A DNA stretch of 27,714 nt. Source: Elusimicrobiota bacterium (GTDB taxonomy: Bacteria; Elusimicrobiota; Elusimicrobia; Elusimicrobiales; UBA9959). The notes below the pieces were generated by a model. It was not told where the DNA came from and searched no databases. It was given only the letters and a program-made list of their open reading frames with translations. This document shows, one piece after another, positions 1 through 9,046 of the stretch. The stretch is taken from assembly GCA_027340875.1 (NCBI GenBank), contig DAIENX010000074.1, positions 1 to 27,714 on the forward strand, in the 5' to 3' direction. Each line of letters opens with the position of its first letter. The stretch's first letter is position 1. Both the position numbers and the translations under genes were made by a program.

Positions 1-77
1 ATGAGCGAGGCCACGGTGTGGCCGGATGGAGCGCTAGCGACAGGTCTCCGCGCGTTTTGCGTTCCGGCCCATCCGAG

Positions 78-704
78 CTAGAATGTTCCGAACATCCTGT
101 CGCCGGCGTCGCCGAGGCCGGGCACTATGTAGCCGGCGGAGTTGAGTTTCTCGTCCACAGTGCCGGCGTGGATCGGCATCTCGGGATGGGCGGCGGACAG
201 TCGCCTGAGCCCTTCCTTGGCCGCCACCATGCAGATGAAGCAGATGTTCCTTGCGCCGCGGCTTTTCATGATCTCCACGGCCTCCACGGCCGAGCCGCCG
301 GTGGCCAGCATCGGGTCCGCGATGACGACCAGGCTCTCGGAAACGTCCTCAGGCATGCGGGCGTAATACTTCACCGGCTTCAGCGTTTCCTCGTCGCGGT
401 AGATCCCGATATGGGCGATCTTGCCCTCCGGGCACACCTTAAGCAGGCCGTCCACCATGCCCAACCCTGCGCGCAACACCGCCACGAAAACCACGTCGTG
501 CGAGAGCTTCTGCGCTTCCGCCACCCCTATCGGGGTGCGCACCTTGGCTTTTTTCACCTTCGCGTTAAGGAAAGCGTCGTGGGCCAGCAGCATAGCTATC
601 TCGCCCATCAGGCGCCGGAAATCCGGGACGGAGGTGCGTCTGTCGCGCAGGCGCGCGATCTTGTCCATAACCAGCGGGTGCTTGGAGACGTGAACGTTCT
701 TCAT
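78..704 (-). CDS. upp: Uracil phosphoribosyltransferase
   Basis: HPLV..K, VLRAGLGM, IGIYRDEETL, DPMLATGGS and GYIVPGLGDAGDR motifs; SD-like GGAGG upstream. Confidence 0.97.
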   Translation of the reverse strand: MKNVHVSKHPLVMDKIARLRDRRTSVPDFRRLMGEIAMLLAHDAFLNAKVKKAKVRTPIGVAEAQKLSHDVVFVAVLRAGLGMVDGLLKVCPEGKIAHIGIYRDEETLKPVKYYARMPEDVSESLVVIADPMLATGGSAVEAVEIMKSRGARNICFICMVAAKEGLRRLSAAHPEMPIHAGTVDEKLNSAGYIVPGLGDAGDRMFGTF

Positions 705-718
705 CGCATTCCTCCGTA

Positions 719-2029
719 TTATTTTATGACCTCGCGGATCAGCGGCTCCTTGCGGGGCGCTTTCGGACCGTAGGCCAAGGAGCCTTCGAACATCCTGACG
801 CCTTCGGCCAGCTTCGACGGCGAAGACGCGTAGGCCGTGGCGATGAGGTCCCCGTGTTTCACGCGGTCGCCAGGCTTTTTAGCAAGGACGAAGCCGGCTC
901 CGAAATCCACGGCGTCCTCGGCCTTGGCCCGGCCGGCGCCGAGGGCCACGGCGGCGAATCCCACGGCGCGGGCCTCCATCGCGGTAAGGAAGCCGGCCTT
1001 CTTAGAAAGAATCCGCTTCGAGAGCTTCGCCTTCGGCATATGGCGGTCCGGGTCGTCCGCGACGCGGGGGTCCGAGCCCTGCCACTTGGCCATCAGGCGG
1101 AATTTCTCAAGCGCGCTGCCGTCGGCGATGGCCCGGCGGGCCTTGTCCTCGCCTTCGGCGGCGGAGCGCGCCCTGCCGCCGAGATATATCATCCAGCCGG
1201 CCAGCACCTCGAGGACGCGGGTGAAGTCTTCTGGCCCCTTTTCGCCGGCCAGTATCCGGACGCACTGCGCGGTCTCTATGCCGTTGCCGACAGCGAGGCC
1301 CAGTGGCTCGTTCATCGCGGTCATCACGGCTACGCAGCGTATGCCGAGGAGCTTCGCGGTCTTCATCAGCGCCACGGCCAGCTCCCGGCTCGGCTTGAAA
1401 TCCTTGAGGAACGCGCCGGAGCCGTACTTTACGTCCATCACCAGGCCGGTGATGTCCTCGGCGTATTTCTTGGAGAGGATGCTGGCGACTATCAGCGGCA
1501 GGGCCTCCACGGTGCAGGAGGCGTCGCGCAGCGCGTAGAGCTTCTTGTCGCTCGGGGCCAGGCGCTCGGTCTGGCCGAACATGGAGAGGCCGGTGGCCTT
1601 CAGCTGCTTCACTACGTATTCAGGGGCGAGACGCACCTTGAAGCCCTTCATGGCCTCCAGCTTGTCCAGCGTGCCGCCCGTGTGGCCCAGGCCGCGGCCG
1701 CTCATCATCGGCACCACCACCCCACAGGCCGCGGCCACAGGGGCCAGGGCTATGGAGATGCCGTCGCCCACCCCGCCGGTAGAATGCTTGTCCACCTTCA
1801 TGCCCTTTATGGCCGAAAGGTCCAGCTTGTCGCCGGAGAGGGCCATCGCCCTGGTAAGCGCGGCCGTCTCCCTGGGGGAGAGCCCGTTGAGGAAGGAGGC
1901 CATCAGCCACGCTGAAAGCTGATAATCGGGGATGGAGCCGTCGGCGGCGCCCATAGCGATGAACTCGAGTTCCGCCGGGGAAAGTTCCCGGCGGGAGCGC
2001 TTCTTTAGCAGCAGGTCCAGCATTCTCAT
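719..2029 (-). CDS. pdp: Pyrimidine-nucleoside/thymidine phosphorylase
   Basis: PDYQLSAWLMA, DKHSTGGVGD, SGRGLGHTGGTLDKLE, LYALRD and SILSKK motifs. Confidence 0.95.
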   Translation of the reverse strand: MRMLDLLLKKRSRRELSPAELEFIAMGAADGSIPDYQLSAWLMASFLNGLSPRETAALTRAMALSGDKLDLSAIKGMKVDKHSTGGVGDGISIALAPVAAACGVVVPMMSGRGLGHTGGTLDKLEAMKGFKVRLAPEYVVKQLKATGLSMFGQTERLAPSDKKLYALRDASCTVEALPLIVASILSKKYAEDITGLVMDVKYGSGAFLKDFKPSRELAVALMKTAKLLGIRCVAVMTAMNEPLGLAVGNGIETAQCVRILAGEKGPEDFTRVLEVLAGWMIYLGGRARSAAEGEDKARRAIADGSALEKFRLMAKWQGSDPRVADDPDRHMPKAKLSKRILSKKAGFLTAMEARAVGFAAVALGAGRAKAEDAVDFGAGFVLAKKPGDRVKHGDLIATAYASSPSKLAEGVRMFEGSLAYGPKAPRKEPLIREVIK

Positions 2030-2032
2030 GGT

Positions 2033-2875
2033 TTACCCCTTAAGCGCCTTGGATTTGAGCAGACCCTCGAGGATGGCCTGCATCTTTCCGGAAGCCTTCG
2101 CGCCGAGCTCCAGCACTTCCTCGTGCGTCAGGACCTCCTTGGAGATCCCGCTGGTGAAGTTAGAGACCCAGCAGACTCCGGCGACGCGCAGCTTCACCTG
2201 GCGGGCCGTGATAGTTTCGGGCACCACCGACATGCCGGCTATGTCCCCGCCGAGCATACGGTAGACCTTGACCTCGGCCGGAGTCTCGTAGGACGGGCCG
2301 GTCACGGCGGTGTATACCCCCTCGACGGCCTTTACCCTGGCCTTCTTCGCGAGCTTCATGGCCTCCTTGCGCAGGGCCTTATCGTAGGGCTCGTTCATGT
2401 CCGGGAACATCTCGCCGAAGGCGGGATGGTGGTTGCCCATCAGCGGGTTGCCGCCCATCAGGTTGATGTGGTCCTTCAACATCACCAGGTTCCCCGGCTT
2501 TATGCCGGGCTTCAGCGAGCCGACGGCGGCGGTAAGGATGAGGTTCTTGACCCCGAGGGCGCTCAGCACGCGGATCGGGAAAGCTATGAAGGACAACGGC
2601 CTCCCCTCGTAGTAATGGAAGCGGCCCTTCATCATCACTATGTCCTGCCCTCCCATGCGCCCGAAGACCAACTCGCCGGCGTGGCCTTTCACCGTGGGGG
2701 CGGGGAAACCGGGGATATCCTTGTAGGAGATGGAGACCCTGTCCTCGAGGCGCGGCAGAGCGCTTCCCAGCCCGGAGCCGGCGATTATCGCCGTAGAGGG
2801 CCTGAAGCCGTCGGCTATCCTCTTCAGCCAGCCGGCCGTGCGCTCGACTTCCCTTAGTATTTCAGAAGGTTCCAT
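2033..2875 (-). CDS. punA: Purine-nucleoside phosphorylase (trimeric PNP/XapA type)
   Basis: GSGLG, V.GHAG.L, GRFHYYEG, DHINL, GPSYETPAE and GMSVVPE motifs. Confidence 0.93.
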   Translation of the reverse strand: MEPSEILREVERTAGWLKRIADGFRPSTAIIAGSGLGSALPRLEDRVSISYKDIPGFPAPTVKGHAGELVFGRMGGQDIVMMKGRFHYYEGRPLSFIAFPIRVLSALGVKNLILTAAVGSLKPGIKPGNLVMLKDHINLMGGNPLMGNHHPAFGEMFPDMNEPYDKALRKEAMKLAKKARVKAVEGVYTAVTGPSYETPAEVKVYRMLGGDIAGMSVVPETITARQVKLRVAGVCWVSNFTSGISKEVLTHEEVLELGAKASGKMQAILEGLLKSKALKG

Positions 2876-2908
2876 GTTGTCTCCTTGAAGGACCGTTATC
2901 CCGGCGGG

Positions 2909-3265
2909 TCAGAACCCGAAGCCGTCCGCGCTGAAGGCGTTCTCTATATGCTCCGGCTCTCCGCCGCCCACTATGCCGATGAAATCGAACCGGTAGCCTT
3001 CGGCCTCCGGCCTGCGCGCCTTCAGCCAGGCCATCGCGGCCTTTATGATCCTCGCGCGCTTAGCGGCTCCGACGGTCTCCGCAGGCAGGCCGTAGCCGGT
3101 GCCGGAACGGGCCCTCACTTCCGCGAAGACCACCACGCCGTCCTTCCTGGCCACTATGTCCAGCTCGCCCATAGGGCAGGACCAGTTGCGCTCGAGTATC
3201 TCGTAGCCGGCGCCGCGCAGAAAGGCGGCCGCCCGCTCTTCCGCTTCCGCCCCGCCGGTGTTCAT
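2909..3265 (-). CDS. yraN: YraN family (UPF0102) endonuclease-like protein
   Basis: G..AEERAA.FL..GY.ILERNW...GELDIVA..VFAEVRAR..RFD; start re-called at 3265, giving an ATGA overlap with the rnhB stop. Confidence 0.9.
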   Translation of the reverse strand: MNTGGAEAEERAAAFLRGAGYEILERNWSCPMGELDIVARKDGVVVFAEVRARSGTGYGLPAETVGAAKRARIIKAAMAWLKARRPEAEGYRFDFIGIVGGGEPEHIENAFSADGFGF

Positions 3266-3906
3266 CTGCCGGCCGCCCTGCGCACCGGGGCGAAGCTGAT
3301 CCTGTGCTCCGGCGAGGGACCCAGGCGGCGCAAGGCCTCCATATGGTCCCTGGTACCGTAGCCTTTGTGAAGAGCCAGGCCGTAGCCGGGATACCGGGAG
3401 TCGAGCACCGTCATCCATCGGTCGCGCATCACCTTGGCGTATATGCTGGCGGCGGCTATTGAAAGGGACTTGGCGTCCCCGTCGACTACGGGCTGCTGCG
3501 AGCAGGTGTCGAGGCGCTTTATGGGATACGGGCCGTCTACAAGCAGCAGCGCGCCCTGGGCGGGGGCGGCTGTATACGAAAGGAGCCGCCTGACGGCGGC
3601 TCCCATGGCGTTGAAAGTCGCTTCCAGGATATTCTCCCTGTCTATCTCCGACGGGAGGGAGAAACCGAAGCCGAAGCGCACGCCGGCCTCGCGCATAGCG
3701 CACAGAGCGCTTTCGCGGCGCCGGGGGGACAGCTTCTTGCTGTCGTCCACGATTTCAGATATCGCTGAATGGGCCTGGGGAGGCACCCAGGCTGCGCTTG
3801 CCGTAACTGGGCCAGCCAATGGGCCCCTGCCGGCTTCGTCAACTCCTATCAATATAGCCGGCTTGTTGGTTTCCAGGAGGGTTAGATCGAATCTGGATAA
3901 AGACAC
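3262..3906 (-). CDS. rnhB: Ribonuclease HII
   Basis: GVDEAGRGPLAGPV, DSKKLS, LVDG, GDAKSLSIAAASIYAKV.RD, HKGYGT and HRISF motifs; GTG start. Confidence 0.96.
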   Translation of the reverse strand: MSLSRFDLTLLETNKPAILIGVDEAGRGPLAGPVTASAAWVPPQAHSAISEIVDDSKKLSPRRRESALCAMREAGVRFGFGFSLPSEIDRENILEATFNAMGAAVRRLLSYTAAPAQGALLLVDGPYPIKRLDTCSQQPVVDGDAKSLSIAAASIYAKVMRDRWMTVLDSRYPGYGLALHKGYGTRDHMEALRRLGPSPEHRISFAPVRRAAGR

Positions 3907-3910
3907 GGTT

Positions 3911-3973
3911 AGGTCTGTCCGCTGCCTGCGCTATGCGCGTGCCGTAACAAGAGCTTTGCTCGTCGGACGGCCT
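3911..3973. repeat. Short palindromic element related to the MITE at 5826-6035
   Basis: Ends AGGTCTGTCCG / CGGACGGCCT resemble the MITE terminal repeats; 3924-3959 matches 5942-5977 at 30/36 nt. Confidence 0.6.
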
Positions 3974-4025
3974 GCGCTCTACGCGCGCCGGAGCGCCAAA
4001 AAGGCGGCCCGCCGGACGGCCTGTC

Positions 4026-4054
4026 CCCGCCGCGCGTCTTTGGCGCGCGGCGGG
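4026..4054. other. GC-rich hairpin just downstream of the rplS stop
   Basis: CCCGCCGCGCG-TCTTTGG-CGCGCGGCGGG, an 11-bp perfect stem; no U-tract, so not a canonical terminator. Confidence 0.55.
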
Positions 4055-4064
4055 AGAGCCGGGC

Positions 4065-4460
4065 TCAGCTGGCGGCCGTTTCCCCGGTGGCGGGGGTGGG
4101 CTGGGTCTCGGCGGCGGTTTCCGCCTTCTCCACTTCCTCGAGCCTGGCGGCCTTGCCGGACAGGTTGCGGAGGTAGTAGATCTTGGAGCGGCGCACCTTG
4201 CCGGTCTTCACGACCTCGATCTTGTCGATGCGGGGCGAGTGCAGGGGGAAGACCCTCTCCACGCCCACGCCAGAGGAGATCTTGCGCACGGTGAAGCTGG
4301 CCGAGATGCCGCTGCCGCGGCGGGAGATCACTACGCCGTCGAAGATCTGGATGCGCTCGCTGTCGCCTTCCACGACCTTGGTGTGCACTTTCACGGTGTC
4401 ACCGGGCTGGAAATCGAATTTCTCGTTCTTGATGCCCAGGTGTTTAGCGATATCTTTCAT
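4065..4460 (-). CDS. rplS: 50S ribosomal protein L19
   Basis: [49 protein letters not shown]; start re-called at 4460 behind SD AGGAGG. Confidence 0.97.
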   Translation of the reverse strand: MKDIAKHLGIKNEKFDFQPGDTVKVHTKVVEGDSERIQIFDGVVISRRGSGISASFTVRKISSGVGVERVFPLHSPRIDKIEVVKTGKVRRSKIYYLRNLSGKAARLEEVEKAETAAETQPTPATGETAAS

Positions 4461-4468
4461 ACTGCCTC

Positions 4469-5194
4469 CTAATTTTTGGACCAAATCTGTTTCTTCCTGC
4501 CGCCGGCTTTCCGCGCCGGCCCCTTCTTCTCCGGAGCCAGGTCCGGCCTGGCCTTCCCGGTAAGAGCCTCCGCCTGCGACCTGCGCCACTCGGCTATCAG
4601 CCTGTGGTTGCCGCTGACCAGAGCCTCCGGCACCTTCTTCCCGCGCCATACGGCGGGGCGGGTATAGTGCGGCGCCTCCAGCAGGCCTTCCGCGAACGTC
4701 TCGTTCGCCGTGGCGTCGTCCTTGCGGAGCACGCCAGGGATCAGCCGCGTGACGGCGTCTATCACGGCCACCGCGGCCGGCTCGCCGCCGGTGAGCACGT
4801 AATCGCCTATCGAGAGCTCCAGGTCGGCCAGCGGGGTTATCCGCTCGTCGATGCCCTCGTAGTGCCCGCAGATAAAGACCAAGTGCTTCTTCTTCGACAG
4901 GGCCTGCGCCAGCTTCTGATCGAAAGGCCGCCCTTTCGGGGTCAGGAGTATGACGTAAGAGTCCTTCTTCCTGACCTTCTTCAGCGCCCTGTACACCGGT
5001 TCGGCCATCATGACCATCCCGGTGCCGCCGCCGTAAGGCTTGTCGTCCACGGTGCGGTGGCGGTCCTCCGTGAAATCCCTCGGGTTGGAGAAGCCCAGCT
5101 CGAGGAACCCTTCCTGCCTGGCGCGGCCCACTATGCTCTCCGAGAGCGGGGAATCTATCATCCCCGGGAAGAGGGCGACCGCGTCAACGCGCAT
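4469..5194 (-). CDS. trmD: tRNA (guanine37-N1)-methyltransferase
   Basis: [42 protein letters not shown] and VPE.L.SGNH motifs. Confidence 0.97.
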   Translation of the reverse strand: MRVDAVALFPGMIDSPLSESIVGRARQEGFLELGFSNPRDFTEDRHRTVDDKPYGGGTGMVMMAEPVYRALKKVRKKDSYVILLTPKGRPFDQKLAQALSKKKHLVFICGHYEGIDERITPLADLELSIGDYVLTGGEPAAVAVIDAVTRLIPGVLRKDDATANETFAEGLLEAPHYTRPAVWRGKKVPEALVSGNHRLIAEWRRSQAEALTGKARPDLAPEKKGPARKAGGRKKQIWSKN

Positions 5195-5198
5195 CCGG

Positions 5199-5426
5199 TT
5201 AATCTATGTCCAGGTAGACTTTCTTGTTCTGCCTGGCGGCGGCGGTCTGCAGCACGGTGCGGATGGCCTTCACCACCCGTCCTTCCTTGCCGATGACCTT
5301 GCCGCGGTCCGAGGAGGCCAGCGTCAGCTTGAAGCGGGTGACGTCGCCGTCCTCGTTCACGCCGACCTTGACTTCCTGCGGCTTCTCTACGAGAGAGCCG
5401 ATGATGTACATTAATGCGTCCTTCAT
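5199..5426 (-). CDS. khpA: KH-domain RNA-binding protein KhpA (YlqC/UPF0109)
   Basis: LV..P..V.V and D.GKVIGKEGR..KAIRT motifs; canonical position after rpsP; alternative GTG start at 5429. Confidence 0.9.
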   Translation of the reverse strand: MKDALMYIIGSLVEKPQEVKVGVNEDGDVTRFKLTLASSDRGKVIGKEGRVVKAIRTVLQTAAARQNKKVYLDID

Positions 5427-5440
5427 CACGTGGCCCCTTA

Positions 5441-5716
5441 CTACTTCTGCTCGGCGGCGGCCTTGTTGGCGGCCTTGCGCGCGCGAACTATGAGGGAACC
5501 CACGGTCTCGGAAGGCTTCGCGCCGTTCTTCACCCAGCGGTCCACCTTTTCGCCGTTGATCGTGACCTTTTCCTTGTCCTTGGCGGCCTTCGGGTTGTAG
5601 TGGCCGATCACTTCCAGCGGCTCGCCGTGCGGGCCGCTCGATTTCTCGATCGCCACGATGCGGTAATGCGGCTGGGTCCGCTTGCCTATCCTCTGAAGCC
5701 TCAAAACAACTGCCAT
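5441..5716 (-). CDS. rpsP: 30S ribosomal protein S16
   Basis: MAVVLRLQRIGK..PHYRIVA, E.IG.YNP, W...GAKPSETV; start re-called at 5716 behind SD AAGGAGG. Confidence 0.97.
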   Translation of the reverse strand: MAVVLRLQRIGKRTQPHYRIVAIEKSSGPHGEPLEVIGHYNPKAAKDKEKVTINGEKVDRWVKNGAKPSETVGSLIVRARKAANKAAAEQK

Positions 5717-5789
5717 GTTTTCCTCCTTAAGACTTACGACAAAAAAATCCGCTGCGCGCCGGCCATCGGGCCGGTTTGCGCGAACCACT

Positions 5790-5800
5790 ATTATATTATA
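5790..5800 (-). promoter_or_regulatory. Tandem TATAAT -10 hexamers upstream of rpsP
   Basis: The - strand reads TATAATATAAT in an AT-rich patch; no clear -35. Confidence 0.5.
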
Positions 5801-5821
5801 TTCGAGGGCGCTTTGGGAACC

Positions 5822-6039
5822 CTAGGAGGCTGTCCGACACAAGGCTTTCATGACGAAATTCGCGATTTTGTTGACGAGCCGAAGCGACGCGAAACGAGCA
5901 CCCTCCATAGAGGTTGTGAGTTGAACGGCGCAAAGGCGCAGGCCTGGCCTATGGCCGTGCCGTAACAGGAGCTATGCCTCTTCAGGCGGCCAAAAGCGCG
6001 AATTGCAGGCGAAATTGCTTATGTCGGACAGGCTCCTAG
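5822..6039. mobile_element. MITE-like non-autonomous element (210-bp core, 5826-6035) flanked by CTAG
   Basis: CTAG-GAGGCTGTCCGACACAAG ... CTTATGTCGGACAGGCTC-CTAG, 20/22 inverted match including CTAG; a further internal inverted match AATTCGCGATTTTG / CAAAAGCGCGAATT; no transposase. Confidence 0.75.
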
Positions 6040-6401
6040 CCGATGAGCTTCTTGATATGCTCCAACAGGCGGGGCCATTCGTAGGGCTTGTTCACGTAGG
6101 AATCGGCGCCGGCGGCGAAAGAGCTTTCCATCTCGCCCATCAGGCGGTGCCCGGTGAGCATGATGACCTTGATATCCCTGGTGTCGGAGCCGGTCTTTAT
6201 CAGCTCGCAGAGGGTATTGCCGTCCAGCTTGGGCAGGCCTATATCCAGGATCACTAGGTCGGGCTTCTGTTTCCTGACCGCATCGAGTCCTTCCTCTCCG
6301 TCGGCGGCGGTAAGGACCTTATAGCCCAGGCCCTCCAGGCGTATGGAAAGCACCTTAGCCACCAGCGACTCGTCTTCCACGATAAGTATCTTTTTGGCCA
6401 T
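6036..6401 (-). CDS. Single-domain response regulator (receiver, CheY/PhoB-like)
   Basis: ILIVEDE, PDLVILDIGLPKLDG (phospho-Asp), IMLTG and YVNKP; TGATG coupling with rpe. Confidence 0.92.
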   Translation of the reverse strand: MAKKILIVEDESLVAKVLSIRLEGLGYKVLTAADGEEGLDAVRKQKPDLVILDIGLPKLDGNTLCELIKTGSDTRDIKVIMLTGHRLMGEMESSFAAGADSYVNKPYEWPRLLEHIKKLIG

Positions 6402-7072
6402 CAGAGCTTCCTGAGCCGCTTCAGCAGGCCGGCCGGGGATTTGGAGGAGAACAGCGCGCTGCCTATGACGAGAGAATCGGCGCCTGCGGCCACGGCGCCC
6501 GGCGCGGTATCCGCGTTGATGCCGCCGTCCACCTGCAGCCAGACCCGGCGGCCGGAGGCGGCTATTGCTTTCCTGGCGGCGCTCACTTTGGGCATCATAT
6601 CGGCCATGAAGGACTGGCCTCCGAAGCCGGGCTCCACCGTCATAATAAGGACCAGGTCCAGCAGCGCCAGGTGCGGCAGCAGCCGGGAGAAAGGGGTCTT
6701 GGGGCGGAGCGACATGCCTGCCTTGAGGCCGAGGGCCTTGATCTTCCTGAGGCAGGCCGCGGCGCCGCGCGCTTCGGCATGGATCGTGATGAGCGACGAG
6801 CCCGCCTTCGCGAAAGGCGCTATGAACATGCCCGGGTCCTCGACCATCAGATGCGAATCCACCGGCAGGCCGCCGGCGCGGGCGACGGCCGGCAGCAGGC
6901 CGGGGCCGAAGCTGATATTGGGGACGAAATGCCCGTCCATCACGTCGAAGTGCATCCAGTCGGAAAGGGCCTTCACCGGGGCCAGGCTGTTCTTCAGACA
7001 GGTGAAGTCGGCGGAAAGCACGGACGGGGCCAGCGAGACGCGTCCTTCTGGGAGAGGGAAGGAGCGGCTCAT
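6401..7072 (-). CDS. rpe: Ribulose-phosphate 3-epimerase
   Basis: APSVLSADF, HFDVMDGHFVPNISFG, DSHLM, MTVEPGFGGQ and VDGGIN; start re-called at 7072 (ATGA overlap). Confidence 0.96.
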   Translation of the reverse strand: MSRSFPLPEGRVSLAPSVLSADFTCLKNSLAPVKALSDWMHFDVMDGHFVPNISFGPGLLPAVARAGGLPVDSHLMVEDPGMFIAPFAKAGSSLITIHAEARGAAACLRKIKALGLKAGMSLRPKTPFSRLLPHLALLDLVLIMTVEPGFGGQSFMADMMPKVSAARKAIAASGRRVWLQVDGGINADTAPGAVAAGADSLVIGSALFSSKSPAGLLKRLRKL

Positions 7073-8073
7073 TTTACCGGTCTTTCCTCCACCAGGATGC
7101 CGTCGACGAAGATGCGTATCTTCCCCGCGCCGGCGCAAGGCACGGACAGGTCTATCTTGGAGCCCGGATCGCGCAGGCCGTTGAAGAGCTCCCTGTCGCC
7201 GCTCTTGCCTATCGCTACCACGCGGATATGGCGCTGCGAACCGCTCTGCAGGACATCGTAGTGAACGCGGCACTCGTTGCCGGAGGAGGCGTCGCCCTTG
7301 CGGGAACTTACGGTGAGCGTGACCTTGGAATCGGGGGAGACCACGGTGTCCGGCTGCGGGTCCTGGTCTATCACGGTACCGCCCTGGAACAGCGAACCCG
7401 GGTCCTCCTTGATGTTAAGCGCGACGTTGTTCTGCGAGGCCCACTGCTGCGCCTCGTCGCTGCGCTTCTGGCGGAAGTCGGGCATCATCACTATGCCCGC
7501 CGGGGGGGCGCCGGCCGAGACGGCCACCTGGACCATCGTGTTCTTGGAGACGCTGAGCTCCGGCTTCGGGTCCTGCGACAGCACGGTGCCCTTCTCGGCC
7601 TTCAGCGAGTAGGACTCGCTGACCTCGCCGAGCACCAGCTGGCGCTGGCGCAGCAGCAGCTCGGCGTTGCGCAGCGGCAGGCCTATCAGATTGGGGGTAA
7701 AAACGGACTCTCCGCCCTGGCTGAACACCACGCGGACTATCTTGCCCTCGCGGACGGTGGCGCCAGCCTCAGGAGTCTGCCGCAGCACGGTGCCTATCGG
7801 GACGGTCTCGTTGAATTCGTAGCCTTCGATCTTCATCGCCAGGTTCATCTCGGAGAGAGCCTGCAGGGCGTTGACGGAGGACTTGCCGGCGATGTCGGGG
7901 ACCATAACCTCCTTGCGGTTATGGATCACCGTCTCCATCGTCCAGGAGAAGAGGGCGTAGGTCAGGATGAAGAGGGCCAGCCCGACGCCGCCGACGCGGA
8001 GGACGAAGCCGGGACTGATTATCCGCTCGTCGGAGTTAGAGAAGTGTTTTTGCCAGAATTCTTTAAAACCCAC
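7069..8073 (-). CDS. Membrane-anchored PASTA-domain protein (three PASTA repeats, no kinase domain)
   Basis: N-terminal TM; repeats VPDIAGK..GTVLRQTP..G, PNLIGL..GTVLSQDP and MPDF..GTVIDQDP.P. Confidence 0.88.
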   Translation of the reverse strand: MGFKEFWQKHFSNSDERIISPGFVLRVGGVGLALFILTYALFSWTMETVIHNRKEVMVPDIAGKSSVNALQALSEMNLAMKIEGYEFNETVPIGTVLRQTPEAGATVREGKIVRVVFSQGGESVFTPNLIGLPLRNAELLLRQRQLVLGEVSESYSLKAEKGTVLSQDPKPELSVSKNTMVQVAVSAGAPPAGIVMMPDFRQKRSDEAQQWASQNNVALNIKEDPGSLFQGGTVIDQDPQPDTVVSPDSKVTLTVSSRKGDASSGNECRVHYDVLQSGSQRHIRVVAIGKSGDRELFNGLRDPGSKIDLSVPCAGAGKIRIFVDGILVEERPVK

Positions 8074-8101
8074 GGTGTCTCTCCTTGAGGATCGGGAACG
8101 G

Positions 8102-9046
8102 TCAGAGCAGCCTGTCCCCCGGCTTGAGGCGCAGTCCGTTGAGAAAATCCGCCGCGGGCATGGCCTTCTTCCCTTCGGGCTTCAGCGTCCTCAGCAGGAG
8201 CCCTCCGACGCCACATTTTACAACAAAGCCGCCGCCGGGCTCAACGGACAGGACGGTTCCGGGCGCGGAGCCGGCGGCCTCGCCGGCCGGCAGCGCGGCC
8301 GACAGCACCTGCACCGCGGCGCGCCGGCCTCCGTGCTCCACGTAGAAACGGGGCACGGGCCCGCAGGACAGGCCGCGCACGCGGCCGAGCAGGTCCCGGG
8401 CGGGCCGGGAGAGGTCCAGCACGGCGTCTTCCGGCATAAGCTTCGGCGCCGAGGAGGGTTCTCCCGTCTGCGGCTCGCGGAGTATCCTGCCTTCCGCCAC
8501 CCGCGCCAGCGCCTCGCCGAGAAGCGCCTCTCCGGCCGAGGTAAGGCGGCTGAAAAGCGAGGCCGCGTCGTCGTCCGGCAGCACCTTCTCCTCCCGGCGC
8601 AGGAATACGGGACCGGTGTCCATGCCCTTGTCCAGCCAGAAGAGAGTGACCCCGGTCACGGACTCCCCGTTGATCAGGGCCCACTGCACAGGGGCCGCGC
8701 CGCGGTACTTGGGCAGAAGGGAAAAATGCACGTTCAGGAAGCCGTAGCGCGCCAGCGCCAGGGTCTCCTCCGGGATCAGCCGGCCGTAGGCAACGACAAC
8801 TCCCAGGTCAGGGCGCACCTTTTCTACGAGCTCGTGAAGTTCACGGCGGGAAGCCGGCTTGAAGACCGGGATAGCCAGCTCGTCGGCCGCGGAGCACACC
8901 GGGGAGGAGCACATCCGCAGGCCGCGCCCGACCGGTCTGTCCGGCTGCGATACCGCTCCCGCGACATCGTGCCCGGAAGCCGCCGCGCGCCTCAGGAAGG
9001 CGCAGGCGATCTCCGGAGTGCCGAGGAACAGTATCTTCAGCTTCAC
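8102..9046 (-). CDS. fmt: Methionyl-tRNA formyltransferase
   Basis: FLGTPEIA, QPDRPVGRG, VVAYG, NVHFSLLPKYRGAAP and GMDTGP motifs. Confidence 0.97.
   Translation of the reverse strand: MKLKILFLGTPEIACAFLRRAAASGHDVAGAVSQPDRPVGRGLRMCSSPVCSAADELAIPVFKPASRRELHELVEKVRPDLGVVVAYGRLIPEETLALARYGFLNVHFSLLPKYRGAAPVQWALINGESVTGVTLFWLDKGMDTGPVFLRREEKVLPDDDAASLFSRLTSAGEALLGEALARVAEGRILREPQTGEPSSAPKLMPEDAVLDLSRPARDLLGRVRGLSCGPVPRFYVEHGGRRAAVQVLSAALPAGEAAGSAPGTVLSVEPGGGFVVKCGVGGLLLRTLKPEGKKAMPAADFLNGLRLKPGDRLL

Noticed and set aside
1..77. Short inverted repeats at the window start (GGCCAC/GTGGCC, CGGATGG/CCATCCG)
   Set aside because: Truncated by the window edge and short in GC-rich DNA; cannot be classified
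4026..4054. Intrinsic terminator after rplS
   Set aside because: Strong stem but no U-tract on either strand; kept only as a hairpin
5870..5990. Known ribozyme or riboswitch (twister, hammerhead, c-di-GMP-I) inside the MITE
   Set aside because: Only short fragments (UAAC, GCAAAG) resemble the consensus; the core motifs could not be matched by eye
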